From: Fimicolochytrium jonesii
Taxonomy: Eukaryota
Direction of reading: 5' to 3'
DNA: 64,000 bases
Assembly (NCBI RefSeq): GCF_025526975.1
Contig: NW_026515668.1
Span: forward strand, 1,798,001-1,862,000
Shown here: in pieces, positions 34,078-44,544 of the stretch
Layout of the letters: every line of letters begins with the position of its first letter
Numbering within the stretch: the stretch's first letter is position 1
Translations under genes and position numbers: made by a program
Notes under the pieces: generated by a model
The model's database searches: none
What the model was told of the DNA's origin: nothing
What the model saw: the letters and a program-made list of their open reading frames with translations, nothing else

Positions 34078-36898
34078 ATGACTCAACACAAACAAGCTCT
34101 AACTGGGGAAAAACGCGCGGCAATGGACATCAGGTTTGTCAAGTCTTCTAAACGTTTGCGTGTAAACGACCGAGTCCGACGTGACCGTGCAATAAGCGCT
34201 GGGGATTATGATCTCGCAAGAAAGATCGAAGAAGAAGCAATTCCCTTTGCTGGGAGGGAATCGCATCTATCTATTGGAGAGAATGGAAGCGATATCATCA
34301 ATACTAGTATCGTATGTAGTGAAAGCAGTGAAGAGGCTCATTCTTCGGAAAGGGACATGGAAAGCACCCATTTACCGAACATTCCAGGTGTAACATACCG
34401 AGGTGAAGTTGATAATGACCAAGATGACCAAGATGACCACCTTTATCATGAAAAATTTGACCTTCCCCTCGTCAAGCACGAGTTCCAACATGACGGTCGA
34501 GTTCAGAACTTGATTACAAGCAAATACGTGGACGCAAAGACTAAAAACGGGCTTCGATATATGAAAAGATTCAAAGTTGCACCAAATACGTACAAAGTCG
34601 AATATAATCATGGAAAAGATGCTTTGGAAATTGCAAGTGGGCGACTTGTACCAAATCATTTCTCGTTGCAGCAAATGCCCGCACGCGAAACCCAGCATAG
34701 ACAGTATCTGTCTTGCGGGCAATATGACGACGTCGATTTTGTAAACTGTCAGCCGACTATTGCCAATCAGTTTCTCCTTCAACGCAATCTAATTGTTCCG
34801 CAAATGCAATACTATGTTGAAAATCGACAGGACTGTCTTAAAAAATGGAATATGGAGAAACATGATGTGGATTGCGGTACTCAACACCGTTAACGCGGTA
34901 AATTGTCACCCCGATCTCAAAGCCATTCACCGTGCCATTTATGAGAAACTCGTCCCCATCCTTGAGGAGGAAAACCCTGATATTTGGCAAAAAGTTTTGA
35001 AATCTCGAAAACCGAAAACAGTCAATAACCGCGAAGGATCATTTTTCTCGCAGGTGTGCCAAACGACCGAAAACACGATGCTGCTCCTTATGCACCACTA
35101 CTTTCTTAATGCAAAGTTTCGTCCCGATGTTCTCATTTCTGATGGTTGCCAGATTCGTAAAGATCCCGAAAATCCTCTTACCCCTGAACACTTGCGAGCA
35201 TGCGAGCAATACATCTTTGACAAAACTCAAATGCAGATGAGGATAGCCATTAAACCTATGGAAGTTCCCGCCTCCTACTATGAAAGATTTGGTTTAATTG
35301 CGGATAATGATCATCACCAATTATTTCCCATCGTGGATGAGAACACGGTATTTGCTGAATCAACCGAGGAGAAAGAGCCTTTATTTCTCGAACCTCTGTA
35401 CCCAGAAAATCCACGTCTTGACGAACTAGCAAAGAGCATGATCTGTGAAAAGTCTCACGCGGCATGTGCTCAATTCATCTCCGAATTATGGAGAAACGAT
35501 TTCTTCTATGGAGATAATAGTTGGTGGCACTTTGAAAATCATTACTGGAAAGATTCACCTTATTCTATGACGCATAAAATAATGTTCGAGTTATTCCCAA
35601 TCCTTGACGAATTGACAAGTTGGCGCGACACAGGTGGTGATCTAGATGGACATATCTCGAATCTCAAGCGGAGTTTATCGGATTTACCCACATCCAAGAA
35701 TATCGCATCCGCGTGTATTGGTCATTTTCAGAAACTAGACTATCACGCATTTAAATGTAGTTTGAGTCGAGACTTGGCGCTACTGTGCTTCAAAAATGGA
35801 GTCTACGATTTGAACGCCGGACATCTTAGGGATGGCAAACCCCAAGACCGCATCTCTATACAGATTAATTACGACTTTGTTGATTTTTCGCTCCCGGAAA
35901 ACGTGCATATTTTGAAGCGTCTTGGGACGATTCTCCAACAAATCCTTCCAGATCGTGACGAGCGGGAGTATGTTCTTGATATCCTGGCTTGTGCTCTTGG
36001 AGGAAAAAGGACCAATAAACTTGAAATCCTTCTCGGCGAGGGCGCAAATGGAAAATCGCTGCTGACTCAACTTATGGAGTTAGCATTAGGGCCATATGCA
36101 ACCTCTTGGAGCACCGCAATGCTGTGTACAGAATTCGACCCTACCGCACCAAACACCGAGTTGAACAGGGCCAGACACGTCCGATTCATCAATATCCAAG
36201 AAGGCAAAAAATCATCGCAGTTTAACATGGGAACATTTCGAAAGTACACGGGAGGAGATTCCTTCAATGGTATACGCGATCTCTTTGAGAAAGGAAGCGG
36301 GGTAAATTCATTCGTACTGCATGCTCAACTTTGGCTATCACTCAATACGCTTATGGCAATATCAGAGGCGAATCACGCAACTTGGAGACGGTTAGAGTTG
36401 CTTGAAATGCGGTCCAAATTTGTCGAGGCTGAGTCTGAGGTAGATGTGAAAAACAATCGGTATCTCGCGGATGAGTGTTTGAAGAAAGAACTAACCAGTC
36501 TTGCTCCGGCATTCATGTGGTTGTTAATTGAAAAACGCTACAGAAACATGCGAGACAAAAACGACTTTGTTTTATCTCCGCCCACCTCAGTTGTTGAAGC
36601 AACGGAGAGATATCGCAGTGAACAGAATGTTTATCAACTCTTCTTTGATGACATGTGTACCTTTGAATCTGAAGGCCGCATCTTCAATACGGAACTATTT
36701 GAGAAATGTCAGCAGTGGGCAAAAATCAACCTTAAAGCGGTTACAAAGGCCGATATGAAAAAGTGGCTGTTGAGCCAACCGGGCGTTCAATGGAAAGATT
36801 CGTTAAAGATCATGAAAAGCGTAGGCGACTTTGGTCAAAGAAGTGTAGACAAAGTGTCACGAGGATATCTAGGAATCAAATTGAACAAGTATGAGTAG
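34078..36898 (+). pseudogene. TV-Pol (family-A-related primase-polymerase) fused to D5-like SF3 helicase; +1 frameshift near 34870
   Basis: GRLV..FSLQQM, motif A DVDFVNCQP, YYVENR, QTTEN, motif C LISDG; D5_N LLCFKNGVYDL; Walker A GEGANGKS, IQE, RRLE; C-terminal winged helix. Confidence 0.85.
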
Positions 36899-36925
36899 GG
36901 AGGGGAAAAGTAGAAGCGGGGGTAG

Positions 36926-37340
36926 GTAGCCATTAAGAGCAATCCGTAGTCATTCAGGTAGCCATTTTTTCTGACTCGACAAAGAACTTTAGATCGAGTG
37001 AAAGGTTGAATTTGATAAGAAGAGTGAAGAGAATAATATGAAGAGAATAGAAAGTAGCCAAGTAGCCATTTATTTTGGAAAGGTGTTATAGTATAAATTT
37101 TGATCAACAAGGTGGTGGTGGTGGATATGACCACCACCTTGAGGAGCACATTTTAATATATACGGAGAGAATTCTGGCAGAAAATGGCTACTTGGCTACC
37201 ATTTGAAACGCTCGACGAAACGGCTCGATAAAAATCAGTGAAAGACGCGTGTTCACTCGATAAAGAGGGAAAGTATGGAGAGGAGGGAAATGGCTACGAA
37301 ACGGCCACGAAGTGGCTATGAAATGGCTAAAAATGGCTAC
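36926..37340. promoter_or_regulatory. Putative iteron-type replication origin or terminal repeat array of the virus
   Basis: GTAGCCA(TT) copies at 36926, 36946 (variant), 36958, 37054 and 37062 face inverted (AA)TGGCTAC copies at 37183, 37193 and 37289-37340. A 12-bp hairpin (37108-37119/37130-37141) and AT-rich tracts lie in the centre. Confidence 0.55.
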
Positions 37341-37484
37341 CACTCGATAACGTTGTTATTCGCGCAAAGTAACAGGACCAATCCGGAGACAACGGAGAGG
37401 GTTTCGTGTAGTCCTGGCAAGAATTGGCTCGAAGTCGTTTAATAAAAGAAGGCCCAGCGAGGTCACGTGACTGGAGTCGTGCCG

Positions 37485-37670
37485 ATAGGCTGCTGAGATC
37501 TGTAGGATAGGCTGACGAGATCTGTGGCCCATAGACTCATATGCTGAGAATAGGCTGTTGAGGACTATGGGCCATTGACCCGTAGGCTGTTGAGAAGTAT
37601 GACCTATAGACCCATAGGCTACTGTAATAGGCCACCCATAGGCTGTATAGCCCATGGGTGGCCTATGACA
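37485..37670. repeat. TAGGCT(G) repeat array ending in a 48-nt near-perfect palindrome (37623-37670)
   Basis: About seven TAGGC(T) motifs; TGTAATAGGCCACCCAT...ATGGGTGGCCTATGACA. Confidence 0.8.
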
Positions 37671-37806
37671 CGGGTGCTAATACCGCCGTCAGCTTTGCGA
37701 TAGTTAACGCTTAGAGCTTGACCCATTTGAACACCCGCATCAAAGGGCGCAACGGCTCGACGGCGACCAACGCCAAGGCAACGGCCCCGCAGAGCGTAAC
37801 CGCCCC

Positions 37807-39170
37807 TTGCACAGGCGCAGGGGGTCACCCCCGTGGTCGCCACCTGGAAGGAGGCACTCCCGCTCACGCTCACCTCGTCGACGTCGAAGCCCGGACCCCC
37901 GACGCCAAAATCGGACGCCAGAGCGATACAGGCGCGGACAACGAGGTCGCAGGAGCATCTCCCCACCTCGTCGAAGGAGCCGCTCAGCAAGCCGCTATCG
38001 CAGCCGCTCCCCGGCGAGGACCCGAAGCCGCTCCCCCATGCGGCGCAGGAGCCGTACCCCAGCCCAACAGGAGAACGGACAGGCAACAATCCTCCAAATC
38101 CCAGCCCAGCTGGCCAACACCAACGCCCAACTCCAGCAGCGATTCGAGGCGCCTGGAGAGGGACCGCCCAGATGACAGCCCCTTCGCTGGAGTACAAGTT
38201 AGCCGCGAGGACCATTTGGCGGCTAGCGAAGAGCGTAAGCGCAAGGCGGCAGCCGAGAAGGAGTTCCGAACCACCTTGGCTAAGATGCTGACCAAGTTCG
38301 ATGGTAAGGCTAACAGTAAAGACATGGTCGCCAAACTGGACGAGTTTGTCGACGCCCACCTACGCTATCTGGAAGCCACCAAATTCAGAACAGAGGACAG
38401 GGACGTGAAACACTTTGTAGCCCACTTGTTGGGAGACGCCGCTGAGTAGTGGAAGCTCGAGGCTCGCTCCGGAGAGCCTCCCGCCACCCGGGAACGGTTC
38501 CTGAAGGCACTCAGGCGCAGGTTCTACCTCGCCAACCTCCGTCATTCGGTCGAGGCAAAACTGGCCGCCCTGAAGTTCAAAGCCAGCATGTCAGACTGCG
38601 TTTCGGCCTTCAACGCACTGACCACACAGATCGCTATCCTCCCCGAAAAGGAACATCTCACGTTGCGACAGGAACGTGGGTACTTCCTGAACGGGCTGAC
38701 CTTCCACCAGGTCGGACGTCGCATCCGTGAGCAGTGTTACCAGTTCATCCTACAACAGGACGATGAGGACGAAGACATCCCCATCAAGACCCTTCAGGAA
38801 GCCGCCCAGAGGGCCTTCCGCATCAGGGGTTGCCGACGGGATCGCCCGCATTTCGGAAGACGGCAAAAAGATCCAACCCGCTACGGCCACTCCGGCCGAG
38901 GCTCGCGACAAGCGCGATACGCCCCGCACCTTCAACTCCATCCGAGTACCCCTTGGGAAGGAGAGGAAAACTCAGCGAGGCGAATGTCACACCTACGGCA
39001 GCAAGGACCACTACGCCCGACCGTGCCCTAAGAACCCGGACCGACTCAAGATCTCGGCGGCGCCCGCCGAGGCCTTCGATGATGACAACGAAGGGTTCCA
39101 TTCGGCCGCGGAGGAGCCCCCGAGCCCCGCATACTCCGTCAACAGTCAGGATTTTCTCCCCAGGGCCTGA
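37807..39170 (+). pseudogene. gag: gag of element C: RS-rich N-terminus, capsid-like core, degenerate zinc knuckle
   Basis: TKFDG...LLGDAAE*WK (stop in place of Trp), CHTYGSKDHYARPC and several frameshifts. Confidence 0.75.
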
Positions 39171-39197
39171 CCGCCTGCAGCGCCTCAGCGTCCAGAC

Positions 39198-39727
39198 TGT
39201 TATGAATGGGCGGAGCCGACGGAAATAGAGGCGACTTGTGGTGCAGGTTGTTGACAGGTAATGGTATTCAGACCGAAACAAGAACTAGAACAAGACTAGG
39301 AAGAACTGGTGTTGATCTGCTGGGGGATCAGGAAGTGGGGAGCTCAGGGGAGGCGGCTATTTATGCTTTTCTGGGAAGGCTGGGGAAGCGTGGGGAAGCA
39401 GAAGGGTACGGAATGAGAGGGAAGCCAAGAGAAGCGCCAAGGGTGGGGGAAGCATAGAAACAGAAGACTGGGGATGGGGTGGCTACGCTGAGGCTGTGGC
39501 GGGTACGTGGGGAAGTATGGAGAAGGGTTTGTAAGCGCCGAGTGTTGGGAGGTGTGGCTACGTGCGGCTGCGTGGAGAAATGAAGGCAGTGGCAGGTGTG
39601 GGGTAGCGCGGCTGCGTGCGGCTGCGAGGTTTGGCAGATGTCAGGTTTTGACAGGGAATTGACATTGACTGACTGTTGGGATGCTGTCATGAGGTAAGCG
39701 CATGGTATGGACGCGTCGTCCATAACA
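39198..39727 (-). repeat. 3' LTR of copy B
   Basis: 530 bp, TG...CA ends, adjacent PPT. Confidence 0.97.
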
Positions 39728-39739
39728 TCACCCCCTCCT

Positions 39740-42700
39740 TTAGCCACGGCGTCCGGATGTTGTTTTGATGTTGGCAGGCTTTGGTCGGGGTTTGTCGGGG
39801 TACTTTTGGTGGAACTGGGCAACAAGCTCTTGACAGCGGGCAAGGTGTTCCACTGGCTCCCATGTGTTCTGCGAGCTTGGCCAACCCTGCCACTTGATGA
39901 GGTACTGAAGGTGCGTGCGTCGAGTACGGGAGTCAAGAATGTCTTCCACAATCCATTCCTCCTGTCCTTCGACTTCTTCTGGTGGGGTGGGTTCTGGCTC
40001 AGTTTGCTCCGGAATGGTGAAACGTGGTTCAAGAAGGGAGACATGGAAGACGTTGTGAATTTTGTAGGATGGGGGAAGCTTGAGGCGATATGTGACCGAG
40101 TTGATCTTCTCCATGATTGTGAAGGGGCCAATCTTAGGGTGATCAAGTTTCTGGGAAGGTCGGAGAGTCTTGAGATTCCGCTGTAAGAGCCAGACACTGT
40201 CCCCGGGTTTCATGTCTGGGCCAGGTGCCCTCTTAGCATCGGCAAAGCGCTTCATGCGTCCTTGGGCCTCCTTGAGCTCAGTGGCAAGCTGTTCATGGAT
40301 TTCCTTGAGATGGTTGGCACGAGCTTCGGCTGCAGGATTAAGGGACTCGGTTGTGGTGGCGGAAGCCAGACTGAATCGAGGATGGAACCCATAGTTGGCG
40401 TAGAAGGGGGTTGTCTGGGTGGCGGAGTGGATGGTGTTATTGTAAGAGAACTCTGCAGAAGACAAGAGTTCCTTCCAGTTATCTTGTTGATAGTTGCAAA
40501 AGCAGCGAAGGTATTGCTCAAGAATCTGATTGGTCCGCTCGGTTTGTCCATCGCTCTGGGGATGGAACGCCGATGAGAGGTTGACCTTGGTTCCCAGGAG
40601 AGCGAAGAGACGTTTCCAGAAGTGGGAGTTGAACTGTGGGCCACGGTCAGATACAATATCGTCGGGGAGTCCATGGAGCCGGATGACATGGTGCCAGATC
40701 AGATCTGCAGTTGACTCAGCGGTGGCAGTTTTCCTGCACGGTACAAAGTGCGCCATCTTGGTGAACCGGCAGATGACAACGAGCACAGAATCAACCCCAT
40801 CACTGGCGGGTAGATCCGTGATGAAGTCCATAGAAATTGACCCCCAGGGGCGGTCAGGGACCTGCAGGGGTTGGAGGAGTCCGTAGGGCTTGTGTCTGCT
40901 GGTCTTGGCTTGAGCACATACGTTGCAGGACCTGATGTAGGACTTGACAAAACGCCACTGGCTAGGCCACCAGTAGTTGCGTGAGATGAGCTCCAGGGTC
41001 TTTGACATGCCGTAGTGTCCTGCCAAACGCGTGTCATGCATGTCCCGGCAGATCTCAGCACGGAGCTTGTTGGTGGGGACGAAGACAAGGTTGTCGTACA
41101 GCAGAACCCCATTTTCCTCGGAGAATCGCTTTATCCGTTCTTGGTCTTCTTGAGATTGCTGGGCAATGGGGGCCCCAAGCTGTCGCCGGATGGTTTGCGC
41201 AAACACATCGGATGCCAGGGCAGCTTTGATTTGGTCAAGGAGCGAGGAGTCCAGTGGGGTCAGATAAGTGGCGGCCAGGCGGAGATGGTCAGGGGTGAGG
41301 ATCGTGGTTTCCTGGGAGCGGAATGCTTCTTCCCCCTCCCTTAGCTCGTATTCAGAGCGACGAGAGAGGGCGTCAGCTTGGTGTTGCTGGGTACCAGGGC
41401 GGTATGTGATGACAAAGTCGAAATCAGCAAAGAAGATTGACCAGCGGGATTGGCGGCGGTTGAGGGTACGGGTAGTCATGAAGTACTGGAGGTTCTTGTG
41501 GTCACAGTAAACGATGACCTTGTGGCGGGCGCCAATGAGGTGGTGTGGCCATTGAGCAAATGAGTCTTGGATAGCCAGGAGTTCCTTGTCGTAGATCTCA
41601 TAGTTGATTTCCTCAGGAGTAAATTTGCGGGAGTGAGAGGCCACGGGGTGGAGTTGATCTGTGTCATCGGGTTGAAGGAGGACGGCGCCAAGGGCAAAGT
41701 CGGAGGCATCGGATTCGACAATGAAGGGTTTGTCAGGGTCGGGGTGAGTCAGGATAGGTGCGGAGGTGAAGGCTTTCTTGAGGGTTTCAAAAGCTAGGTG
41801 TGCAGCGTGGGTCCATTTGAATGGCAAGTCTTTGCGAGTGAGCGTGGTCAGGGGTGCAACGATCGCAGAGTACCCTTTGATGAATCGCCGGTAGAAGTTG
41901 GCAAAACCAAGGAAGCGCTGGATGCCTTTGACATTCGTCGGGGGTTCCCATTCAGTAATGGCAGCCGTCTTCTTTGGGTCCATGGAAATGCCTTGCTGGG
42001 AGATGATAAACCCCAGGAACTCAACAGAGTCACGGTTGAATTCGCATTTTTCCGGTTTCGCGTACAGCCCGTGCTGGCGGAGTCGTGAGAGCACCTCTCG
42101 GACGTGGTTGGGGTGGTCTTCTGGGTTTTTTGATAAGATCAGAATGTCGTCAAGGTAGACCACAACAAAAACGTCGAGGATGTCACGGAATATGTCGTTC
42201 ATGAGGTGTTGGAATACTCCAGGGGCATTGGTGAGCCCAAACGGCATGACATTATATTCGAATAGGCCGTAGCGACATCGGAACGCTGTCTTCCATTCAT
42301 CCCCTGGCCGGATCCGAAGAAGGTTGTAGGCTCCCCGGAGGTCAATCTTGGTGAGCCGGCGTGCCCCTCGAAGACGATCCATGATGCTGTTAATCAAGGG
42401 CAAGGGATAGCGATTCTTGATGGTGATATTATTGAGTCCACGATAGTCGACGCACAGACGGAGGGAACCGTCCTTTTTCTTGACAAAGAGGACTGGGGCA
42501 CCGGCGGGAGACTTGGAGTGCTTGATGAACCCCTTAGCTAGGTTCTCTTCAAGGTAGTCACAGAGTGCCTGCATTTCAGGCTCGCTGAGACTATAGATCG
42601 GGCCGAACGGTGGCTGTTTGCCCTCTTCTAAGTCGATGGGACAGTCGTAGAGTCGGTGCTCTGGGAGGGTATCCGCGTTCTTCTTGGCGAAGACGTCCGC

Positions 42701-43594
42701 AAAATCTTGGTATTCTTCAGGAATGATGGCCTTCGGATCTTTTGGAGGAGTGGTCGCCAGGGCTTGGGAATCTGACTTGGTCGGATTGGCGTAGGCAATG
42801 AATGCCTGGTCATGCCTTGCCGCCACACGGAAAGCTGGGGCGCTGATAAACGATACGTGGATCGGTGTGGGTGCTGGGTCCAGTGTGTTGGGTGTCTGGG
42901 CTAGGGAGACTGAAATCTCGTCTTGATGGATACGGATCAGAGGTTCAGGGGTTCTTGAGGGCTTCGGGCTAGGTTCTGTTGGCAGGGCATCCCAGGAGGC
43001 GTATTGTCCAAAACCGCAATGGCAGCGGACGCAAAGAGTGCGAGTCTTCCAGTGTAGCTCCACATCATGGAGCTCAAACCAGGGAAGCCCCAGGATGATT
43101 GGCGCATGCGGGGAACATGTCACATGGAATACCACCTCCTCGAAATGGTCGTTGACCCACATGCCCAAAGGTTGGGTGTGATGGGTAATGGAGCCCGCAT
43201 GGCTGGGACGTCCGTCAACCAGTTCAAGCGCAATGGGGTCCTCCTTCTTGACAAGTGGGATGCGGTGCTTGCGGGCATAACTTTCGTCGATGAAGCACGA
43301 CATCGCACCGGTGTCAAGTAGTGCTGAAAGCTGAACTGGAGCTCGCTGGGCCGATATCTGCAGGGTAACAGGGTACTCGAATGGTGAGGATGGGCCCAAA
43401 ATCCGCATGGGTGAGGGTATCTCAGATCGGAGATTGACATTGTTGGTGGTCAGGAGAAGGGTGTTGCTGGAGATGCCAGGATCGGAGCAAGGTTTTGTGG
43501 CTTCTCCCTTGGCAGTACTTGCGTGGTGAGAAGGCCCAGGACAGGTGTTGCCCAGCTGCTCAGCCTTTACTGCAGCTGGACTTGGGCAAAATCC
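39740..43594 (-). CDS. pol: Pol polyprotein of copy B (PR-RT-RH-IN-chromodomain), probably entered by -1 frameshift
   Basis: 1222-aa ORF from 43408; the frame stays open upstream to the GGATTTT heptamer at 43588-43594. Motifs [29 protein letters not shown] and chromodomain. Confidence 0.97.
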   Translation of the reverse strand, partial: GFCPSPAAVKAEQLGNTCPGPSHHASTAKGEATKPCSDPGISSNTLLLTTNNVNLRSEIPSPMRILGPSSPFEYPVTLQISAQRAPVQLSALLDTGAMSCFIDESYARKHRIPLVKKEDPIALELVDGRPSHAGSITHHTQPLGMWVNDHFEEVVFHVTCSPHAPIILGLPWFELHDVELHWKTRTLCVRCHCGFGQYASWDALPTEPSPKPSRTPEPLIRIHQDEISVSLAQTPNTLDPAPTPIHVSFISAPAFRVAARHDQAFIAYANPTKSDSQALATTPPKDPKAIIPEEYQDFADVFAKKNADTLPEHRLYDCPIDLEEGKQPPFGPIYSLSEPEMQALCDYLEENLAKGFIKHSKSPAGAPVLFVKKKDGSLRLCVDYRGLNNITIKNRYPLPLINSIMDRLRGARRLTKIDLRGAYNLLRIRPGDEWKTAFRCRYGLFEYNVMPFGLTNAPGVFQHLMNDIFRDILDVFVVVYLDDILILSKNPEDHPNHVREVLSRLRQHGLYAKPEKCEFNRDSVEFLGFIISQQGISMDPKKTAAITEWEPPTNVKGIQRFLGFANFYRRFIKGYSAIVAPLTTLTRKDLPFKWTHAAHLAFETLKKAFTSAPILTHPDPDKPFIVESDASDFALGAVLLQPDDTDQLHPVASHSRKFTPEEINYEIYDKELLAIQDSFAQWPHHLIGARHKVIVYCDHKNLQYFMTTRTLNRRQSRWSIFFADFDFVITYRPGTQQHQADALSRRSEYELREGEEAFRSQETTILTPDHLRLAATYLTPLDSSLLDQIKAALASDVFAQTIRRQLGAPIAQQSQEDQERIKRFSEENGVLLYDNLVFVPTNKLRAEICRDMHDTRLAGHYGMSKTLELISRNYWWPSQWRFVKSYIRSCNVCAQAKTSRHKPYGLLQPLQVPDRPWGSISMDFITDLPASDGVDSVLVVICRFTKMAHFVPCRKTATAESTADLIWHHVIRLHGLPDDIVSDRGPQFNSHFWKRLFALLGTKVNLSSAFHPQSDGQTERTNQILEQYLRCFCNYQQDNWKELLSSAEFSYNNTIHSATQTTPFYANYGFHPRFSLASATTTESLNPAAEARANHLKEIHEQLATELKEAQGRMKRFADAKRAPGPDMKPGDSVWLLQRNLKTLRPSQKLDHPKIGPFTIMEKINSVTYRLKLPPSYKIHNVFHVSLLEPRFTIPEQTEPEPTPPEEVEGQEEWIVEDILDSRTRRTHLQYLIKWQGWPSSQNTWEPVEHLARCQELVAQFHQKYPDKPRPKPANIKTTSGRRG

Positions 43595-44493
43595 TGGATG
43601 GGTGCAGGTTCCTTAACCGCGACATTCGCCGTGCGTATCTTGTTCGGGCAGAGTTTGGCTATGTGGCCGGGTTTACCACAGTAGAGGCAAAGTTTGTTTG
43701 TGATGCGGTGTTGGCGTTCTAGCGGTGTGAGGGGTCCTCGCGGACGAGCTGCGTCAATGACCATAGGGTCGTCTGGGCGGTTGTCGGGGCTCATGAGGGT
43801 GGGGCTAGTGGTAACTGGCACATATGGCTGTCGGTTCCTGCTTCGCTCTAGACGGCGCTCAAACAATCGGTTGTCACATTGGATGGCCTGTTCCATCACG
43901 GTGTCGATTGAGGCGGTAGGGGGCATCGTGAGCATTAAGTCCTTGACGTCTTCTTTGAGGCCGCGACGGAAGGTGGCAATCAATGCCTGGTCATTCCACG
44001 ACACATCGCATTGCAGCTGTCGGAATTCAGCTACATACTCTGTTGCTGCACGGGTTTGTCGAAGGTTCTGGAGCTTGTTTTCGGACGTGCGGATCCTGTC
44101 GCTGTCTCCAAAGACTGCTTGCATTTGCTGGATGAAATCATCCAGGTTCGTAAGGGAATGATGGTCTTGTTCGACAAGGGGCGCCAGCCAGGCCTGGGCG
44201 GTGCCAGTGAGGTAGGTGCCAATAGTTCGTATCTTGGTCTGATCGTTGGGGTAGCGCCTGGGTTGGAGGGCGAACATGAGCCGGATCTGGTTGAGGAACC
44301 CACGGAACTTGCTTCGGGTGCCATCAAATTTGTCTGGGAGACTGATTTTGGGTTCGGGGGCGTGAGTGGCAGGGGCAGTGGTCTGGGTTTGCGCTAGTTC
44401 GGCTTGTAGGGTGGTATTCTGCGCTCGAAGTTTGTCAATCGCATTGCACATGGCTTGCCAGGCTTCGGCCGTGAGGGGAAGGGCGTCGGACAT
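43567..44493 (-). CDS. gag: Gag of copy B (308 aa, CCHC knuckle)
   Basis: Intact ORF with CLYCGKPGHIAKLC. Confidence 0.96.
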   Translation of the reverse strand: MSDALPLTAEAWQAMCNAIDKLRAQNTTLQAELAQTQTTAPATHAPEPKISLPDKFDGTRSKFRGFLNQIRLMFALQPRRYPNDQTKIRTIGTYLTGTAQAWLAPLVEQDHHSLTNLDDFIQQMQAVFGDSDRIRTSENKLQNLRQTRAATEYVAEFRQLQCDVSWNDQALIATFRRGLKEDVKDLMLTMPPTASIDTVMEQAIQCDNRLFERRLERSRNRQPYVPVTTSPTLMSPDNRPDDPMVIDAARPRGPLTPLERQHRITNKLCLYCGKPGHIAKLCPNKIRTANVAVKEPAPIQDFAQVQLQ

Positions 44494-44544
44494 GGTGATT
44501 TGGCGTGGAGGTACAGCGGCTGGGGGTTGTTGAGCAGATCAAAC

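Larger units (their letters stand above)
16598..37350. mobile_element. Endogenous Polinton-like virus / virophage-type dsDNA virus, left end lost
   Basis: Abrupt shift to AT-richer, tightly packed, almost intron-less genes: MCP, penton, packaging ATPase, fibre, RVE-chromo integrase, tyrosine recombinase and TV-Pol/SF3 helicase. The right boundary is approximate. Confidence 0.9.

Noticed and set aside
16598..37350. Terminal inverted repeats, TSD and protein-primed PolB of a classical Polinton
   Set aside because: None found. The left arm is lost at the solo LTR, so they cannot be assessed in this window.
36926..37670. Repeat arrays as a possible CRISPR-like locus
   Set aside because: Units are 6-11 bp, irregularly spaced and partly inverted, with no unique spacers and no cas genes.
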